Assembly: GCA_951812345.1 (NCBI GenBank)
Contig: OX638295.1
Location: 814,759-878,758 of the forward strand
Direction: 5' to 3'
Origin: Rhodothermales bacterium
Lineage (GTDB): Bacteria; Bacteroidota; Rhodothermia; Rhodothermales; VXPQ01
DNA: 64,000 nucleotides
The position numbers and the translations under genes were made by a program. Below are positions 42,454 to 52,979 of the stretch, piece by piece. The notes beneath the pieces were generated by a model. That model worked only from the letters and a program-made list of their open reading frames with translations. It made no database searches and had not been told where the DNA came from. Positions within the stretch are counted from its first letter, which is position 1. Each line of letters opens with the position of its first letter.

Positions 42454-42930
42454 ATGCGTTCCGTTTTTTGCATCATACTGACGTTTGGCTTGCTGGCAGC
42501 CGCTGCTCCGGTTACAGCGCAGTCTTCCGCTGACCTGTCTTCCGAAGGCGTGCAGGCTGTCATCGACCAGCTCTTCGACGGTATGCGGGCCGGCGACAGC
42601 ACGATGGTCCGGGAGACGTTTCACCCGGAGGCGCGCTTGCAATCCGCGTTCGTGCGCGATGGCCAGCCCGTGTTGAATACAGGCAGCGTGGACGGGTTCG
42701 TCGAAGCGGTAGGGTCACCCCATGACGAGGTGTGGGATGAGAAGATATGGGATGTGGAGATCGCCGTGGACAGCCGCCTTGCCCAGGCGTGGATGAACTA
42801 CGCATTCTACCTTGGGGAGACGTTCAGCCACTGCGGCGTGAACGCCTTTCATTTCTTCCACGACGGCTCCGCCTGGAAGATTACGCAGATTACCGATACG
42901 CGCCGGAGAGAGGGGTGTGAGGTGGAGTAG
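42454..42930 (+). CDS. Secreted NTF2-like (SnoaL/DUF4440-type) protein
   Basis: Signal 'LTFGLLAAAAPVTAQ'. 'DSRLAQAWMNYAFYLGETFSHCGVNAFHFFHDGSAWKI'. Confidence 0.6.
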   Translation: MRSVFCIILTFGLLAAAAPVTAQSSADLSSEGVQAVIDQLFDGMRAGDSTMVRETFHPEARLQSAFVRDGQPVLNTGSVDGFVEAVGSPHDEVWDEKIWDVEIAVDSRLAQAWMNYAFYLGETFSHCGVNAFHFFHDGSAWKITQITDTRRREGCEVE

Positions 42931-42968
42931 GGGGTGGAAGAAGTACCTGGACAAGCCCGGAGCCCCAA

Positions 42969-43457
42969 TCAGCATATCCCGCCCACCGGATAAAACAAAC
43001 GCCTTTTTGCGCCCGGCAGTCCAATAAAACCGAAGTGCTCGTAAAACGCCTGGGCCTGCTCGTCTTTCGCATCCACCACAACGGCGTAAACGGCAAGGAC
43101 TGCACTTGCCCGAACCACCCGTTGCAAGGCATCCGCCAAAAGCGCTGAACCCAATCCCTGTCCGCACCAGCGCCGATCTACCGCCAGACGTCCAAGTAAT
43201 GCTACAGGCACCGGATAGCGAGGCAAGCGTTTTGCTTTCTTTTCCGGTAATGCGTTTCGTTCGATACTTCCTGCACTGAGCGTATAAAATCCCGCGATTT
43301 CGTTGCTTTCCTCGGGCAAAGCCACGAACACTCGAGTAACGTTTCGTCGCTCATCCTGGGATGCCTGTCGGCGGATGTACCGGTCAAGCGCTTCGGATCC
43401 GCAATCGAACTGTGACCGATCATGCGATCCTTGCAAGGCCTCTATGGAGAACATCAC
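42969..43457 (-). CDS. GNAT-family acetyltransferase toxin (TacT/KacT-like)
   Basis: 'FDCGSEALDRYI', 'LLGRLAVDRRWCGQGLGSALLADAL'. There is a 4-nt overlap with the upstream DUF1778-like gene. Confidence 0.8.
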   Translation of the reverse strand: MMFSIEALQGSHDRSQFDCGSEALDRYIRRQASQDERRNVTRVFVALPEESNEIAGFYTLSAGSIERNALPEKKAKRLPRYPVPVALLGRLAVDRRWCGQGLGSALLADALQRVVRASAVLAVYAVVVDAKDEQAQAFYEHFGFIGLPGAKRRLFYPVGGIC

Positions 43458-43771
43458 CTCTCCGTCGCCTTCACAATCAAGCGATCATGGCTGGCAAAGG
43501 CCTTGCGCAGTGCTGCGTTGGGTTCGGGAGGATTGACGAGTGCTGCGGCAAATATCTCCCAGTCCTGATCGCTCAGCACGAGCCGCTCTCGTTCGCGTAT
43601 CAGATCATCGGCGGCTTCGAGCGCATTGTTCACGACAAAGGCCGATACCGTCATATTCGCCAGTGTCGCTGCACGCTCCAGCATGCGTTTTGCTTCAGGA
43701 TCGATACGAACCTGTACCCGTTCCGTTTTTGTTTGCGAGGCCGCCATTATCCCGCTCGTTATTTTGGTCAC
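43454..43771 (-). CDS. DUF1778 (TacA-like) ribbon-helix-helix antitoxin
   Basis: 'RVQVRIDPEAKRMLERAATLANMTVSAFVVNNALEAADDLI'. The start is the GTG at 43771 or the ATG at 43747. Confidence 0.8.
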   Translation of the reverse strand: MTKITSGIMAASQTKTERVQVRIDPEAKRMLERAATLANMTVSAFVVNNALEAADDLIRERERLVLSDQDWEIFAAALVNPPEPNAALRKAFASHDRLIVKATER

Positions 43772-43783
43772 TATATGCTCTAA

Positions 43784-43804
43784 TGTAAGCCAAAATGGCT
43801 CACA
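43784..43804. promoter_or_regulatory. 9-bp inverted repeat upstream of the TacA-like gene (candidate operator)
   Basis: 'tgtaagcca' aaa 'tggctcaca', with one mismatch. Confidence 0.3.
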
Positions 43805-43881
43805 AATACAATGATATAGACCATCAATTACTGTATCTATCCAGGAACGGAAGCCTGCCCGCCACCCGCACTACCCTGCAC

Positions 43882-44196
43882 CTACCTCGCAACAGCCGGG
43901 AAGTCTGCGCCGAAAAGATGCCCCTCGATCCGCCCGAGGCGGGCGTTGATCTCGCTCAACTCCTTGTAGACCTCTGCCCGGAGATCGCTGATATCCACTC
44001 TGATGCTGGCGATTTCTCCCCGGACCTCTGCCCGGAGTTCGCTGATTTCTCCCCGGACCTCTCCCCGAAGATCGCCGATTTGTCCCTGGAGGTCGGCGAT
44101 CGTCCTGTGCAAGTCGGCGAGCGACTTGATCATCCAGCCGATCAGGCCGGCGAGCGCTATGCCCACGGACGATATGAGAACGAGGTCGAAATCCAT
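43882..44196 (-). CDS. Small membrane protein with an N-terminal TM helix and 11-residue repeats (paralog of 29503-29763)
   Basis: 'MDFDLVLISSVGIALAGLIGWMI' TM helix. Repeats 'DLRGEVRGEIS ELRAEVRGEIA ... DLRAEVYKELS'. The conserved end is 'INARLGRIEGHLFGAD'. Confidence 0.6.
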   Translation of the reverse strand: MDFDLVLISSVGIALAGLIGWMIKSLADLHRTIADLQGQIGDLRGEVRGEISELRAEVRGEIASIRVDISDLRAEVYKELSEINARLGRIEGHLFGADFPAVAR

Positions 44197-44445
44197 GCTC
44201 GATACGATTAGGGAATGCCTGCAAGGTATACACCCCTTTCTTTCCCCGCAAGGCCCGATTCTTATCGTTGCAACATTGTTACATTTTGCCTGGGCTCCAC
44301 TTCCCGCCCCACACATTACACCCCCATAACGCCGGCGCAACCCTTACACCCCCGCCTTCTCTCCCAAACGACCCCTTCCGAACCCTTTCCCCTCTCAAAG
44401 AGTATCTACCCGCCTTGACCGATATTTTCTTCACCGAGAGCAGGC

Positions 44446-47016
44446 ATGGCCGGATATCCCTTCGCCGAAATAGAGCAGAAATGGCGGCGGTACTGGGAAG
44501 AAGAACAGACCTTTCGGACCCCTGACGATCCGGATCCGGATAAGGAAAAGTTCTATATCCTGGACATGTTTCCGTATCCGAGCGGAACGGGCCTGCACGT
44601 AGGGCACCCCGAGGGGTATACGGCGACAGACATCCTTGCACGCTACAAGCGCATGAAGGGCTTCAATGTGCTGCATCCGATCGGCTGGGATGCCTTTGGC
44701 TTGCCCGCTGAGCAGTACGCGGTGAAAACGAACACGCACCCGCGCATCACCACGGAAGCGAACGTTGCGCGTTTCCGCGAGCAACTCAAGATGCTCGGCT
44801 TTTCGTACGACTGGGAGCGCGAGATCGATACGACCTCTCCGGATTATTTCCGGTGGACCCAGTGGATATTCCTCAAGCTGTACGAAAGGGGGCTTGCGTT
44901 CCAGAGCGAGGTGCCCGTCTGGTGGTGCCCGGAACTGGGCACGACGCTGGCCAACGAAGAGGTGGTGGACGGGAAGTCCGAAGTGGGCGGCTACGATTGC
45001 GTACGCCGGCCCCTGCGCCAGTGGATGCTGCGCATCACGGAGTATGCGGAGCAGTTGCTTGAGGGGCTCGACGGACTCGACTGGCCCGAGAGCACGAAGG
45101 AAATGCAGCGCAACTGGATCGGCAAGTCCGAGGGCGCTGAAGTGGATTTCCCTGTGTGCGATTTCCCGGACGAGACGATCCGCGTGTTCACGACCCGCCC
45201 GGATACACTGTTCGGCGCCACCTATATGGTGCTGGCGCCGGAGCATCCCCTTGTGGCGAAGGTAACGACGCCCGACCGCCTCGACAAGGTTACGGCCTAT
45301 ATCGAGGAGACGTCCCGCAAGACGGATCTCGAGCGCGCCGAACTGCAGCACGACAAGACGGGTGCGTTTACGGGCGGATTCGCCCTCAACCCGGTGAACG
45401 GGGAGCGCATTCCGATCTGGATCGCGGACTACGTGCTGATTTCCTACGGGACAGGCGCCATCATGGCCGTGCCCGCCCACGACGAACGCGACTACGATTT
45501 CGCAAAAACGTTCGACTTGGCGATCCGGGAGGTCGTTTCGGGCGGCGACGTTGCAAAGGAGGCCTATATCGGGGACGGCGTGCTTGTCAATTCTTCGAGC
45601 GAGGACCGGGCGATCCCGGGCGTTGCGGAGCGGGGCGTTTCCATCGACGGATTGCCCGTGGACGCCGCCAAACGAAAAATGATCGACTGGCTCGAGGCGA
45701 ACCGCTGCGGGTGCGCGAAGATCAACTACAAACTGCGCGACTGGCTATTCAGCCGCCAGCGCTATTGGGGCGAACCGTTTCCGCTGATTTTCGTGGACGG
45801 CGTTCCGAAACCGCTCCCGGAGGATGCGCTGCCCGTTACCCTGCCCAACCTCGCGGATTTCCGGCCTTCCGGACATGTGGAAGGCCCGTTGGCCGCGGCC
45901 ACCGAATGGGTCGACACGGTCGATCCGGAAACGGGCGCGACGGCCCGCAGGGAGACCAATACCATGCCGCAGTGGGCCGGGTCCTGCTGGTATTTTCTCC
46001 GCTTCATCGATCCGCACAACGACCGCATGCTGGTCGATCCGGAGAAAGAGCGGTACTGGATGCCGATCGATCTCTACATCGGCGGAGCCGAACATGCCGT
46101 GCTGCACCTCCTGTATGCGCGATTCTGGCACAAAGTGCTCTACGACGCCGGAGTGGTCAGCACGCCCGAACCGTTCGGCAGGCTCATACACCAGGGAATG
46201 ATCCTCGGCGAAATGGAGTATACGGTCGATTGGCAGCGCGTGGAGGAATCCGAGGTACAAAAAGAAGGGGACGGGTTTGTGCTCAAGCGCGATCCTTCGG
46301 TTCCGGTCGATGCCCATGCCCACAAGATGAGCAAGAGCCGGGGCAATGTGATCAATCCGGAAGACGTGGTGCAGCAGTACGGTGCGGATTCGCTCCGCCT
46401 GTACGAGATGTTTATGGGGCCGCTGGAACAGGTGAAGCCCTGGAGCATGCGCGGCGTCGAGGGGGTGCATCGCTTTTTGAACCGGGTGTGGCGTCTCCTT
46501 ATCGACGAGGAGACGGGCGCTCTGCAGAACCGCGTGAACGGGGTCGCCGCGTCGAAGGAGCAGCTGCGCGTGTTGCACCGGACCATTGCAAAGGTCACCG
46601 CCGACATTGAACGGCTGCACTTCAACACGGCCATTGCCGCCATGATGGAGTTCGTCAACGTCGCCAACAAATGGGACGCGGTACCGCAGGATGTGGCCCG
46701 CGCGTTCGTGCTTCTGTTGAGTCCTTTCGCTCCGCACCTTAGCGAGGAGCTCTGGCGCAGGCTGGGAGGAGAAAACACGCTGGCCTATGAACCCTGGCCG
46801 GAGTGCGTGCAGGAATACCTGCATGAGGATTCCGTGGAGATAGCGGTGCAGGTAAACGGCAAGATACGGGCGACGATCACGGTGGCGCAGGACGCCGGGA
46901 AAGATGCGGTGCTGGAGACGGCCCGCATGGAAGAGAATGTGGCGAAGCATATCGGGCAAGGCGCCGTAAAGCGGGAGGTATACGTCCCCGGGCGCATCGT
47001 AAACTTTGTGGTGTAA
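44446..47016 (+). CDS. leuS: Leucyl-tRNA synthetase
   Basis: '[13 protein letters not shown]' (HIGH region) and 'KMSKSRGN' (KMSKS). 856 aa. Confidence 0.95.
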   Translation: MAGYPFAEIEQKWRRYWEEEQTFRTPDDPDPDKEKFYILDMFPYPSGTGLHVGHPEGYTATDILARYKRMKGFNVLHPIGWDAFGLPAEQYAVKTNTHPRITTEANVARFREQLKMLGFSYDWEREIDTTSPDYFRWTQWIFLKLYERGLAFQSEVPVWWCPELGTTLANEEVVDGKSEVGGYDCVRRPLRQWMLRITEYAEQLLEGLDGLDWPESTKEMQRNWIGKSEGAEVDFPVCDFPDETIRVFTTRPDTLFGATYMVLAPEHPLVAKVTTPDRLDKVTAYIEETSRKTDLERAELQHDKTGAFTGGFALNPVNGERIPIWIADYVLISYGTGAIMAVPAHDERDYDFAKTFDLAIREVVSGGDVAKEAYIGDGVLVNSSSEDRAIPGVAERGVSIDGLPVDAAKRKMIDWLEANRCGCAKINYKLRDWLFSRQRYWGEPFPLIFVDGVPKPLPEDALPVTLPNLADFRPSGHVEGPLAAATEWVDTVDPETGATARRETNTMPQWAGSCWYFLRFIDPHNDRMLVDPEKERYWMPIDLYIGGAEHAVLHLLYARFWHKVLYDAGVVSTPEPFGRLIHQGMILGEMEYTVDWQRVEESEVQKEGDGFVLKRDPSVPVDAHAHKMSKSRGNVINPEDVVQQYGADSLRLYEMFMGPLEQVKPWSMRGVEGVHRFLNRVWRLLIDEETGALQNRVNGVAASKEQLRVLHRTIAKVTADIERLHFNTAIAAMMEFVNVANKWDAVPQDVARAFVLLLSPFAPHLSEELWRRLGGENTLAYEPWPECVQEYLHEDSVEIAVQVNGKIRATITVAQDAGKDAVLETARMEENVAKHIGQGAVKREVYVPGRIVNFVV

Positions 47017-47017
47017 C

Positions 47018-47800
47018 ATGGCTTCCGGTGCTGCTTCCATAACGCCTCCGCTGGATGTGCTCGCCTTTGGTGCGCATCCCGACGATGTGGAATTGTGCGC
47101 GGGCGGCACGATCTGTTCGCTGACGAAGCAGGGCTACCGCGTCGGCGTGGCGGACCTGACGCGGGGCGAGCTGGGTACGCGGGGCACGCCGGAATTGCGC
47201 GCCGAAGAAGCGGCCCGCGCCTCGGAAATCATGCGGCTGGCCGTACGCGAAAACCTCGGCCTTCCCGACGGAAACATCGCCAATACGCCCGAAAGCAGGC
47301 TTCCCGTCATTCGCGCGCTACGGACCTGGCGCCCGCATATCGTGCTGATCGGCGGGCCGGAGTGCCGGCATCCCGACCATGGCGCCGGAGCCCGCCTGTG
47401 CGCTGACGCCTGCTTTTATGCGGGGTTGCAAGGCATACCGACCGAGGACGACGCGGGGACGTCCCAGCTTCCCTGGCGCCCGCAGCATGTACTGCACTAC
47501 ATGCATGTCGTCGAGTTCGAACCCACGTTCGTGGTGGATGTGACGGACGTGTGGGAGCAGCGGCTTGAGGCGCTGGGAGCGTTCCGTTCGCAATTTTACG
47601 TTCCCGGCTACGAGGCAGGCCCCGGCGAACCGGAGACCTTCGTATCGAACAAGGGGTTTCTGGACTGGATACAAGCCCGGGCGAAGACGTTCGGTCACCG
47701 GATCGGGGTAGAATACGGGGAACCCTTCCTGTACCGTCACGGTCCGGTCGGCGTGAGCGACTTCATGCGTACGCTCGACAACAGGAAACAATTTCGGTAG
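47018..47800 (+). CDS. bshB1: LmbE/PIG-L family deacetylase, bacillithiol BshB1-like
   Basis: 'VLAFGAHPDDVELCAGGT', 'DLTRGELGTRGT', 'HPDH'. Confidence 0.75.
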   Translation: MASGAASITPPLDVLAFGAHPDDVELCAGGTICSLTKQGYRVGVADLTRGELGTRGTPELRAEEAARASEIMRLAVRENLGLPDGNIANTPESRLPVIRALRTWRPHIVLIGGPECRHPDHGAGARLCADACFYAGLQGIPTEDDAGTSQLPWRPQHVLHYMHVVEFEPTFVVDVTDVWEQRLEALGAFRSQFYVPGYEAGPGEPETFVSNKGFLDWIQARAKTFGHRIGVEYGEPFLYRHGPVGVSDFMRTLDNRKQFR

Positions 47801-47823
47801 ACATACCTCTGCCTCCCCGCACC

Positions 47824-48282
47824 ATGGCCGAACTGAAAACCAGAAAGAACGACCGGAGCGTCGACGGTTTTATCGCATCCCTCGACGATGAGCGGAAGCG
47901 GCGCGAGAGCCATGCGCTTATTGCCCTGATGCGGGATATCACCGGTTCCGAACCCTCCATGTGGGGCGAAAACATTGTCGGTTTCGGGAATTACCGGTTC
48001 AAATATGCAAGCGGGCGGGAAATAAACTGGATGCTGACGGGGTTCTCGCCGCGCAAGCGGGCCTTATCTATCTACGTCATGACCGGATTTGACGGACAGG
48101 ACGAGATCATGGGCGCGTTAGGCAAGCACAAGACGGGCAAATCGTGCCTGTACGTGAACAAACTCGACGATATCGACCTGGATGCGTTGCGAAGATTGCT
48201 GGAAGCCTCCGTGTCGCGTCTGGTTGAAAAATACGGTCCGGCGCAGCCTGCGGAGGCCTCCGGCCATGCCCGGATTGACTGA
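47824..48282 (+). CDS. DUF1801 (YdhG-like) domain protein
   Basis: 'VDGFIASLDDERKRRESHALIALMRDITGSEPSMWGENIVGFGNYRFKYASGRE'. Confidence 0.65.
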   Translation: MAELKTRKNDRSVDGFIASLDDERKRRESHALIALMRDITGSEPSMWGENIVGFGNYRFKYASGREINWMLTGFSPRKRALSIYVMTGFDGQDEIMGALGKHKTGKSCLYVNKLDDIDLDALRRLLEASVSRLVEKYGPAQPAEASGHARID

Positions 48283-48328
48283 CAGGCCTCTCCGGGGGTA
48301 TATTAGCCCTTCGCCATACGCATTCCGC

Positions 48329-48352
48329 ACAGGGCCCTAAAGCCCTGTTTTA
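48329..48352 (+). terminator. Terminator-like hairpin
   Basis: 'acagggc' cctaaa 'gccctgt' followed by 'ttta'. Confidence 0.45.
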
Positions 48353-48394
48353 CGTCTTTTCCCGTGCAACGCACCGGTTCCCGTCCCGTTCGCC

Positions 48395-48973
48395 ATGCCT
48401 GATACAAGCGATTTTCGCAACGGTCTTACCCTCGTCCGGAACGGCGAACTGTGGACGATCGTGGAGTTTTTGCACGTAAAGCCCGGAAAGGGAGGCGCCT
48501 TCGTGCGCTCGAAGCTGAAGCAGGTTCGCTCCGGAAAAATCGTGGACCATACGTTTCGCGCCGGCGAGAAGGTGCAGACCGCGCGCATCGAGCGCCGCCC
48601 GCACCAGTTCCTGTATCAGGACGATCTGGGCCTTCATATGATGAATACGCAAACGTACGAACAGTTTTCGTTGCCGGCGGATCGTGTGGAGGGAAGGGAT
48701 TTTCTCATAGAGGGCGTCACCGTGGATATTCTGTTTCATGCCGAGGCCGAAGAGCCGCTCAACGTCGAACTGCCCGGAAAGGTCGATCTTGCCGTCGTCG
48801 ATACGGACCCGGGTTTGCGCGGCGACACGGCTACCGGCGGCACCAAACCGGCCATCATGGAGAGCGGCGCCGTTGTGCTGGTTCCTCTTTTCATCGACGA
48901 GGGGGATATCATTACCGTCAACACGCAGACCGGCGAATACGTAACGCGCGCGGCCACGGCGGACAAGGCCTGA
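48395..48973 (+). CDS. efp: Elongation factor P
   Basis: 'FRNGLTLVRNGELWTIVEFLHVKPGKGGAFVRSKLK'. Confidence 0.95.
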   Translation: MPDTSDFRNGLTLVRNGELWTIVEFLHVKPGKGGAFVRSKLKQVRSGKIVDHTFRAGEKVQTARIERRPHQFLYQDDLGLHMMNTQTYEQFSLPADRVEGRDFLIEGVTVDILFHAEAEEPLNVELPGKVDLAVVDTDPGLRGDTATGGTKPAIMESGAVVLVPLFIDEGDIITVNTQTGEYVTRAATADKA

Positions 48974-49044
48974 CCGACTGTTTCCAAACCCCGGTTTTTC
49001 CGGTTACTGTTCCGCTGAATCCGATCTTTGCCACCGCATTGCAT

Positions 49045-49581
49045 ATGGATCTTCCTCTGATCAAAAAGCTGATTAAAATCGTCAAAGACAGCGGTGTCTC
49101 CGAGGTCGAGATTACGGAAGACGATTTCAAGGTGGTTATCCGTACGCAGCCGCCTTCTGCGCCGGCGCCTACCCCGTCGCCCCCGGCCTGGGCCCCGTAT
49201 GCAGCGCCTCCTCCGGTCGCCTATGCGCCGCCTCCGGCGCCTGCCCCTGCGCCTCCTGCACAGGCCCCGCCCAGCGCTCCTGCGCCCGAACCGCCTCCAT
49301 CGCAGGAAGCGGCGGGCGCAAGCAAACTGGCCGCCGCCCGGAACGGCACGGTCGTCAAGGCGCCCATCGTGGGTACCTTTTACCGGGCCCCGGCGCCCGG
49401 CGAAACGCCGTTCGTGGAAGTGGGGGATATCGTGCGCACAGGGGATACGCTGTGCATTATCGAGGCGATGAAACTCATGAACGAGATCGAGAGCGAGGTG
49501 GACGGCAAGGTGGCGGAGATTCTGGTCGATGATGCGTTGCCGGTCGAGTACGATCACCCTCTCTTTTTGATAGAAACCTGA
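49045..49581 (+). CDS. accB: Acetyl-CoA carboxylase biotin carboxyl carrier protein
   Basis: Pro/Ala linker and the biotinylation motif '[13 protein letters not shown]'. Confidence 0.9.
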   Translation: MDLPLIKKLIKIVKDSGVSEVEITEDDFKVVIRTQPPSAPAPTPSPPAWAPYAAPPPVAYAPPPAPAPAPPAQAPPSAPAPEPPPSQEAAGASKLAAARNGTVVKAPIVGTFYRAPAPGETPFVEVGDIVRTGDTLCIIEAMKLMNEIESEVDGKVAEILVDDALPVEYDHPLFLIET

Positions 49582-49613
49582 TATCTGCCGGGCAGGTCGA
49601 TCCCGTTGCCGTC

Positions 49614-50969
49614 GTGATCAAGAAGGTACTCATCGCTAACCGCGGAGAAATCGCGCTCCGCATCATTCGAACCTGCCATGAGATGGGGCTTCGGACGGTG
49701 GCCGTGTATTCGACGGCGGACCGGGACGCGTTACATGTTCGATTCGCGGACGAAGCGGTGTGCATCGGCCCGCCTCCTTCGCGGGAAAGCTACCTCCGCC
49801 CCGATCGGATCATTGCCGCCGTAGAAGTGACGGGGGCGGACGCCGTACATCCCGGCTACGGGTTTCTTGCCGAGAATGCCGATTTCAGCGCCATTTGCGA
49901 AGATCACGGGGTGGTTTTTATCGGGCCGAAAGCGGGGACCATCTCCCTGATGGGGAACAAGAGCACGGCCAAGGAAACCATGCGGAAAGCGGGCGTACCG
50001 GTGGTGCCGGGTTCCGACGGAGCCGTGCCTGACGTACGAACCGGCAAGAAAATTGCCGACGATATCGGATATCCGGTGATGGTCAAGGCGTCCGCAGGCG
50101 GAGGCGGGCGCGGCATGCGGATCGTTCGGGAAGCGGGCGACTTCACGCGCCAGTTTTCGGCAGCCAGCGCTGAATCCGAGGCCGCCTTCGGAAGCGGCGA
50201 ACTGTATATCGAAAAATATGTGGACGGCCCGCGCCACGTTGAAATTCAGGTGTTCGGAGACGGCAAGGGGCATGTCGTGCATTTCGGCGAACGGGAATGC
50301 TCCATACAGCGGCGGCACCAGAAACTGCTCGAGGAATCGCCTTCCCCCGTGGTCGATGCGGATCTGCGGGCCCGCATGGGCGCTGCGGCGGTGCTTGGGG
50401 CGGAGGCCGTACAGTACGCCGGCGCCGGGACCGTGGAGTTTCTTCTCGATGCTTCCGGCGATTTCTATTTCATGGAGATGAATACGCGCATCCAGGTGGA
50501 GCATCCGGCCACGGAAGAGGTAACCGGCGCCGACCTGATCGAACTCCAGATTCGCATTGCGATGGGCGAAGGAATTCCGGAAAAGGAAGTTCCGATGACG
50601 GGCCATGCCATAGAGTGTCGGATCAATGCCGAGGACCCGTTCAATGATTTCCGTCCTTCGCCAGGCGTCGTGACCGCGTTTCATACGCCGGGCGGGCAAG
50701 GTGTTCGCGTGGATACGCATGCGTATGCCGGATACGCCATTCCCCCGTACTACGATTCCATGATCGCCAAGCTCATCGTGTATGCCAGGACCCGCCCGCT
50801 TGCGATTCGGAAAATGATGCGCGCGCTCGACGAATTCGTGATCGAAGGCGTACATACCACGATCCCGTTCCATCGCCGGCTTATGGAAGATCCTTCTTTT
50901 CAGGCGGGCGAATTTACGACGGCGTTCCTCGACACCTTCGATCTGACGCCTGCGGAGGCGGAAGCCTGA
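49614..50969 (+). CDS. accC: Acetyl-CoA carboxylase biotin carboxylase subunit
   Basis: '[17 protein letters not shown]', '[10 protein letters not shown]', 'GGGGRGMR', '[11 protein letters not shown]'. Confidence 0.95.
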   Translation: MIKKVLIANRGEIALRIIRTCHEMGLRTVAVYSTADRDALHVRFADEAVCIGPPPSRESYLRPDRIIAAVEVTGADAVHPGYGFLAENADFSAICEDHGVVFIGPKAGTISLMGNKSTAKETMRKAGVPVVPGSDGAVPDVRTGKKIADDIGYPVMVKASAGGGGRGMRIVREAGDFTRQFSAASAESEAAFGSGELYIEKYVDGPRHVEIQVFGDGKGHVVHFGERECSIQRRHQKLLEESPSPVVDADLRARMGAAAVLGAEAVQYAGAGTVEFLLDASGDFYFMEMNTRIQVEHPATEEVTGADLIELQIRIAMGEGIPEKEVPMTGHAIECRINAEDPFNDFRPSPGVVTAFHTPGGQGVRVDTHAYAGYAIPPYYDSMIAKLIVYARTRPLAIRKMMRALDEFVIEGVHTTIPFHRRLMEDPSFQAGEFTTAFLDTFDLTPAEAEA

Positions 50970-51002
50970 CATTTTTTGCTGTATTTAGCCACCACGGTTT
51001 CC

Positions 51003-51386
51003 ATGAAATACCCTGCCGACCTTCTGTACACGAAAGACCACGAGTGGATACGCATCGAAGACGACGGTGCGTCGGCGACCGTGGGCGTTACGGATTTTGC
51101 GCAAGACGAACTCGGGGACATCGTGTTTGTCGAATTACAACCGCCGGGTTCGGAGATTGCCCGGGACGAGCCGTTCGGCGCCGTCGAGGCGGTCAAGACG
51201 GTGTCCGATGTGTATATGCCTCTGTCGGGCCGCATTCTGGAAATCAATGAGGACCTGGAGGCGCACCCCGACTACGTCAACACCGATCCGTACGGGAAAG
51301 GCTGGATGATTCGCATTGCGCTTTCCGACGCCGCGGAGACGGGCGAGTTGCTTTCCACGGACGATTACGAACGCATGACCGGGTAG
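51003..51386 (+). CDS. gcvH: Glycine cleavage system H protein
   Basis: 'YTKDHEWI', '[19 protein letters not shown]', '[11 protein letters not shown]' (lipoyl-Lys). Confidence 0.9.
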   Translation: MKYPADLLYTKDHEWIRIEDDGASATVGVTDFAQDELGDIVFVELQPPGSEIARDEPFGAVEAVKTVSDVYMPLSGRILEINEDLEAHPDYVNTDPYGKGWMIRIALSDAAETGELLSTDDYERMTG

Positions 51387-51396
51387 GCCGGGCAAG

Positions 51397-52965
51397 ATGC
51401 ACGAACGCATCGTTATTCTGGATTTCGGGAGCCAGTATACGCAGCTCATTGCACGGCGCGTGCGCGAGGCGGGCGTGTATTCCGAAATTCACCCCTGCAC
51501 TAAACCTGCGGAGGAAATCCGGGCGATGAACCCGCAAGGGATCATCCTGTCGGGAGGCCCCTGCTCCGTATTCGACGAAGGAGCGCCCCAACTGGACGCC
51601 ACGTTCCTCGAAATGACGCGGAGTGACGGGTCGCCGACACCGGTGCTCGGCATCTGCTACGGCCTGCAGGCTATGGCTTGCCTTTCGGGAGGAGAGGTCG
51701 CTCCGGCCGAGCGCCGCGAATTCGGGCGCGCGCATCTGCACATCGACGACGCCAGGGGACTCTTTCAGGGCATACCCGACGGCTCCATCGTCTGGATGAG
51801 CCACGGCGATCATTTGACTCGCCTTCCGTCGAATTACCGGGTTATCGCCCATACCGGCAATGCGCCTATTGCGGCGGTAGCGTCCGACCGGCTTCCCCAC
51901 TACGGCGTACAGTTTCATCCCGAAGTGGTGCATACGGCCGCCGGGCGCCTGCTCATCGAAAACTTTGCAATGGGGATCTGCGGGTGCCGGGGCGACTGGA
52001 CGCGGGCCTCCTTCGTGGACGAGAAGAAACAAGAGATACGGGAGACCGTCGGCGACGCCCACGTGATTCTCGGCCTGTCCGGCGGGGTGGATTCGTCGGT
52101 GGCCGCCGTGTTGCTGCACGAGGTGATCGGCGACCGGCTCATTTGTATTTACGTGAACAACGGGGTGCTTCGGAAAGGCGAATGGGAGGAGGTGCAAGCT
52201 GTTTTTCGGGATCATTTTCACCTGCGCCTGGAGGCTATTGACGCCACCGACCTGTTTCTGGATCGTCTGGCGGGCGTATCCGATCCGGAGACGAAACGCA
52301 AGATCATCGGCAATGCGTTCGTGGAAGTATTCGACCGCGCAGCCCACGACATTGCGGAAGAGGCGGGCGACCGGCCCGCGTTTCTGGCCCAGGGGACCCT
52401 GTATCCGGACGTCATCGAAAGCGTTTCGTTCAAGGGGCCGTCGGCCACGATCAAAACGCACCACAACGTGGGAGGCTTGCCCGAAAAACTCGACTTCGAA
52501 GTGATCGAGCCTTTCCGGGAGCTCTTCAAGGACGAAGTGCGCGAAATAGGCCGCCTGCTTGGCCTTCCGGAGCTTATTGTCGGACGGCATCCTTTTCCGG
52601 GGCCTGGCCTGGCTGTGCGGATTGTGGGTCCGGTGACGCGGGAGTCTCTCGCCACACTGCGCGAGGCCGACGCCATTTTTATCGAGGAACTTCGCTTGAG
52701 CGGTCTGTACGATGCGGTATGGCAGGCCTTTGCCGTGCTGCTGCCCGTGCAGACGGTGGGCGTCATGGGCGACGAGCGCACGTACGAAAACGTGTGCGTG
52801 CTCCGTGCAGTGACCAGCGTGGACGGCATGACGGCGGACTGGGCGCGTCTTCCGGACGATTTTCTGGCCCATGTGTCCAACCGGATCGTGAACGAGATCC
52901 GAGGGGTCAACCGGGCCGTATACGACATCAGTTCCAAACCTCCGGCAACGATCGAATGGGAATAA
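51397..52965 (+). CDS. guaA: GMP synthase (glutamine-hydrolysing)
   Basis: '[18 protein letters not shown]', 'GICYGLQ', '[11 protein letters not shown]', C-terminal 'KPPATIEWE'. Confidence 0.95.
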   Translation: MHERIVILDFGSQYTQLIARRVREAGVYSEIHPCTKPAEEIRAMNPQGIILSGGPCSVFDEGAPQLDATFLEMTRSDGSPTPVLGICYGLQAMACLSGGEVAPAERREFGRAHLHIDDARGLFQGIPDGSIVWMSHGDHLTRLPSNYRVIAHTGNAPIAAVASDRLPHYGVQFHPEVVHTAAGRLLIENFAMGICGCRGDWTRASFVDEKKQEIRETVGDAHVILGLSGGVDSSVAAVLLHEVIGDRLICIYVNNGVLRKGEWEEVQAVFRDHFHLRLEAIDATDLFLDRLAGVSDPETKRKIIGNAFVEVFDRAAHDIAEEAGDRPAFLAQGTLYPDVIESVSFKGPSATIKTHHNVGGLPEKLDFEVIEPFRELFKDEVREIGRLLGLPELIVGRHPFPGPGLAVRIVGPVTRESLATLREADAIFIEELRLSGLYDAVWQAFAVLLPVQTVGVMGDERTYENVCVLRAVTSVDGMTADWARLPDDFLAHVSNRIVNEIRGVNRAVYDISSKPPATIEWE

Positions 52966-52979
52966 CGAGACGATTTGCG

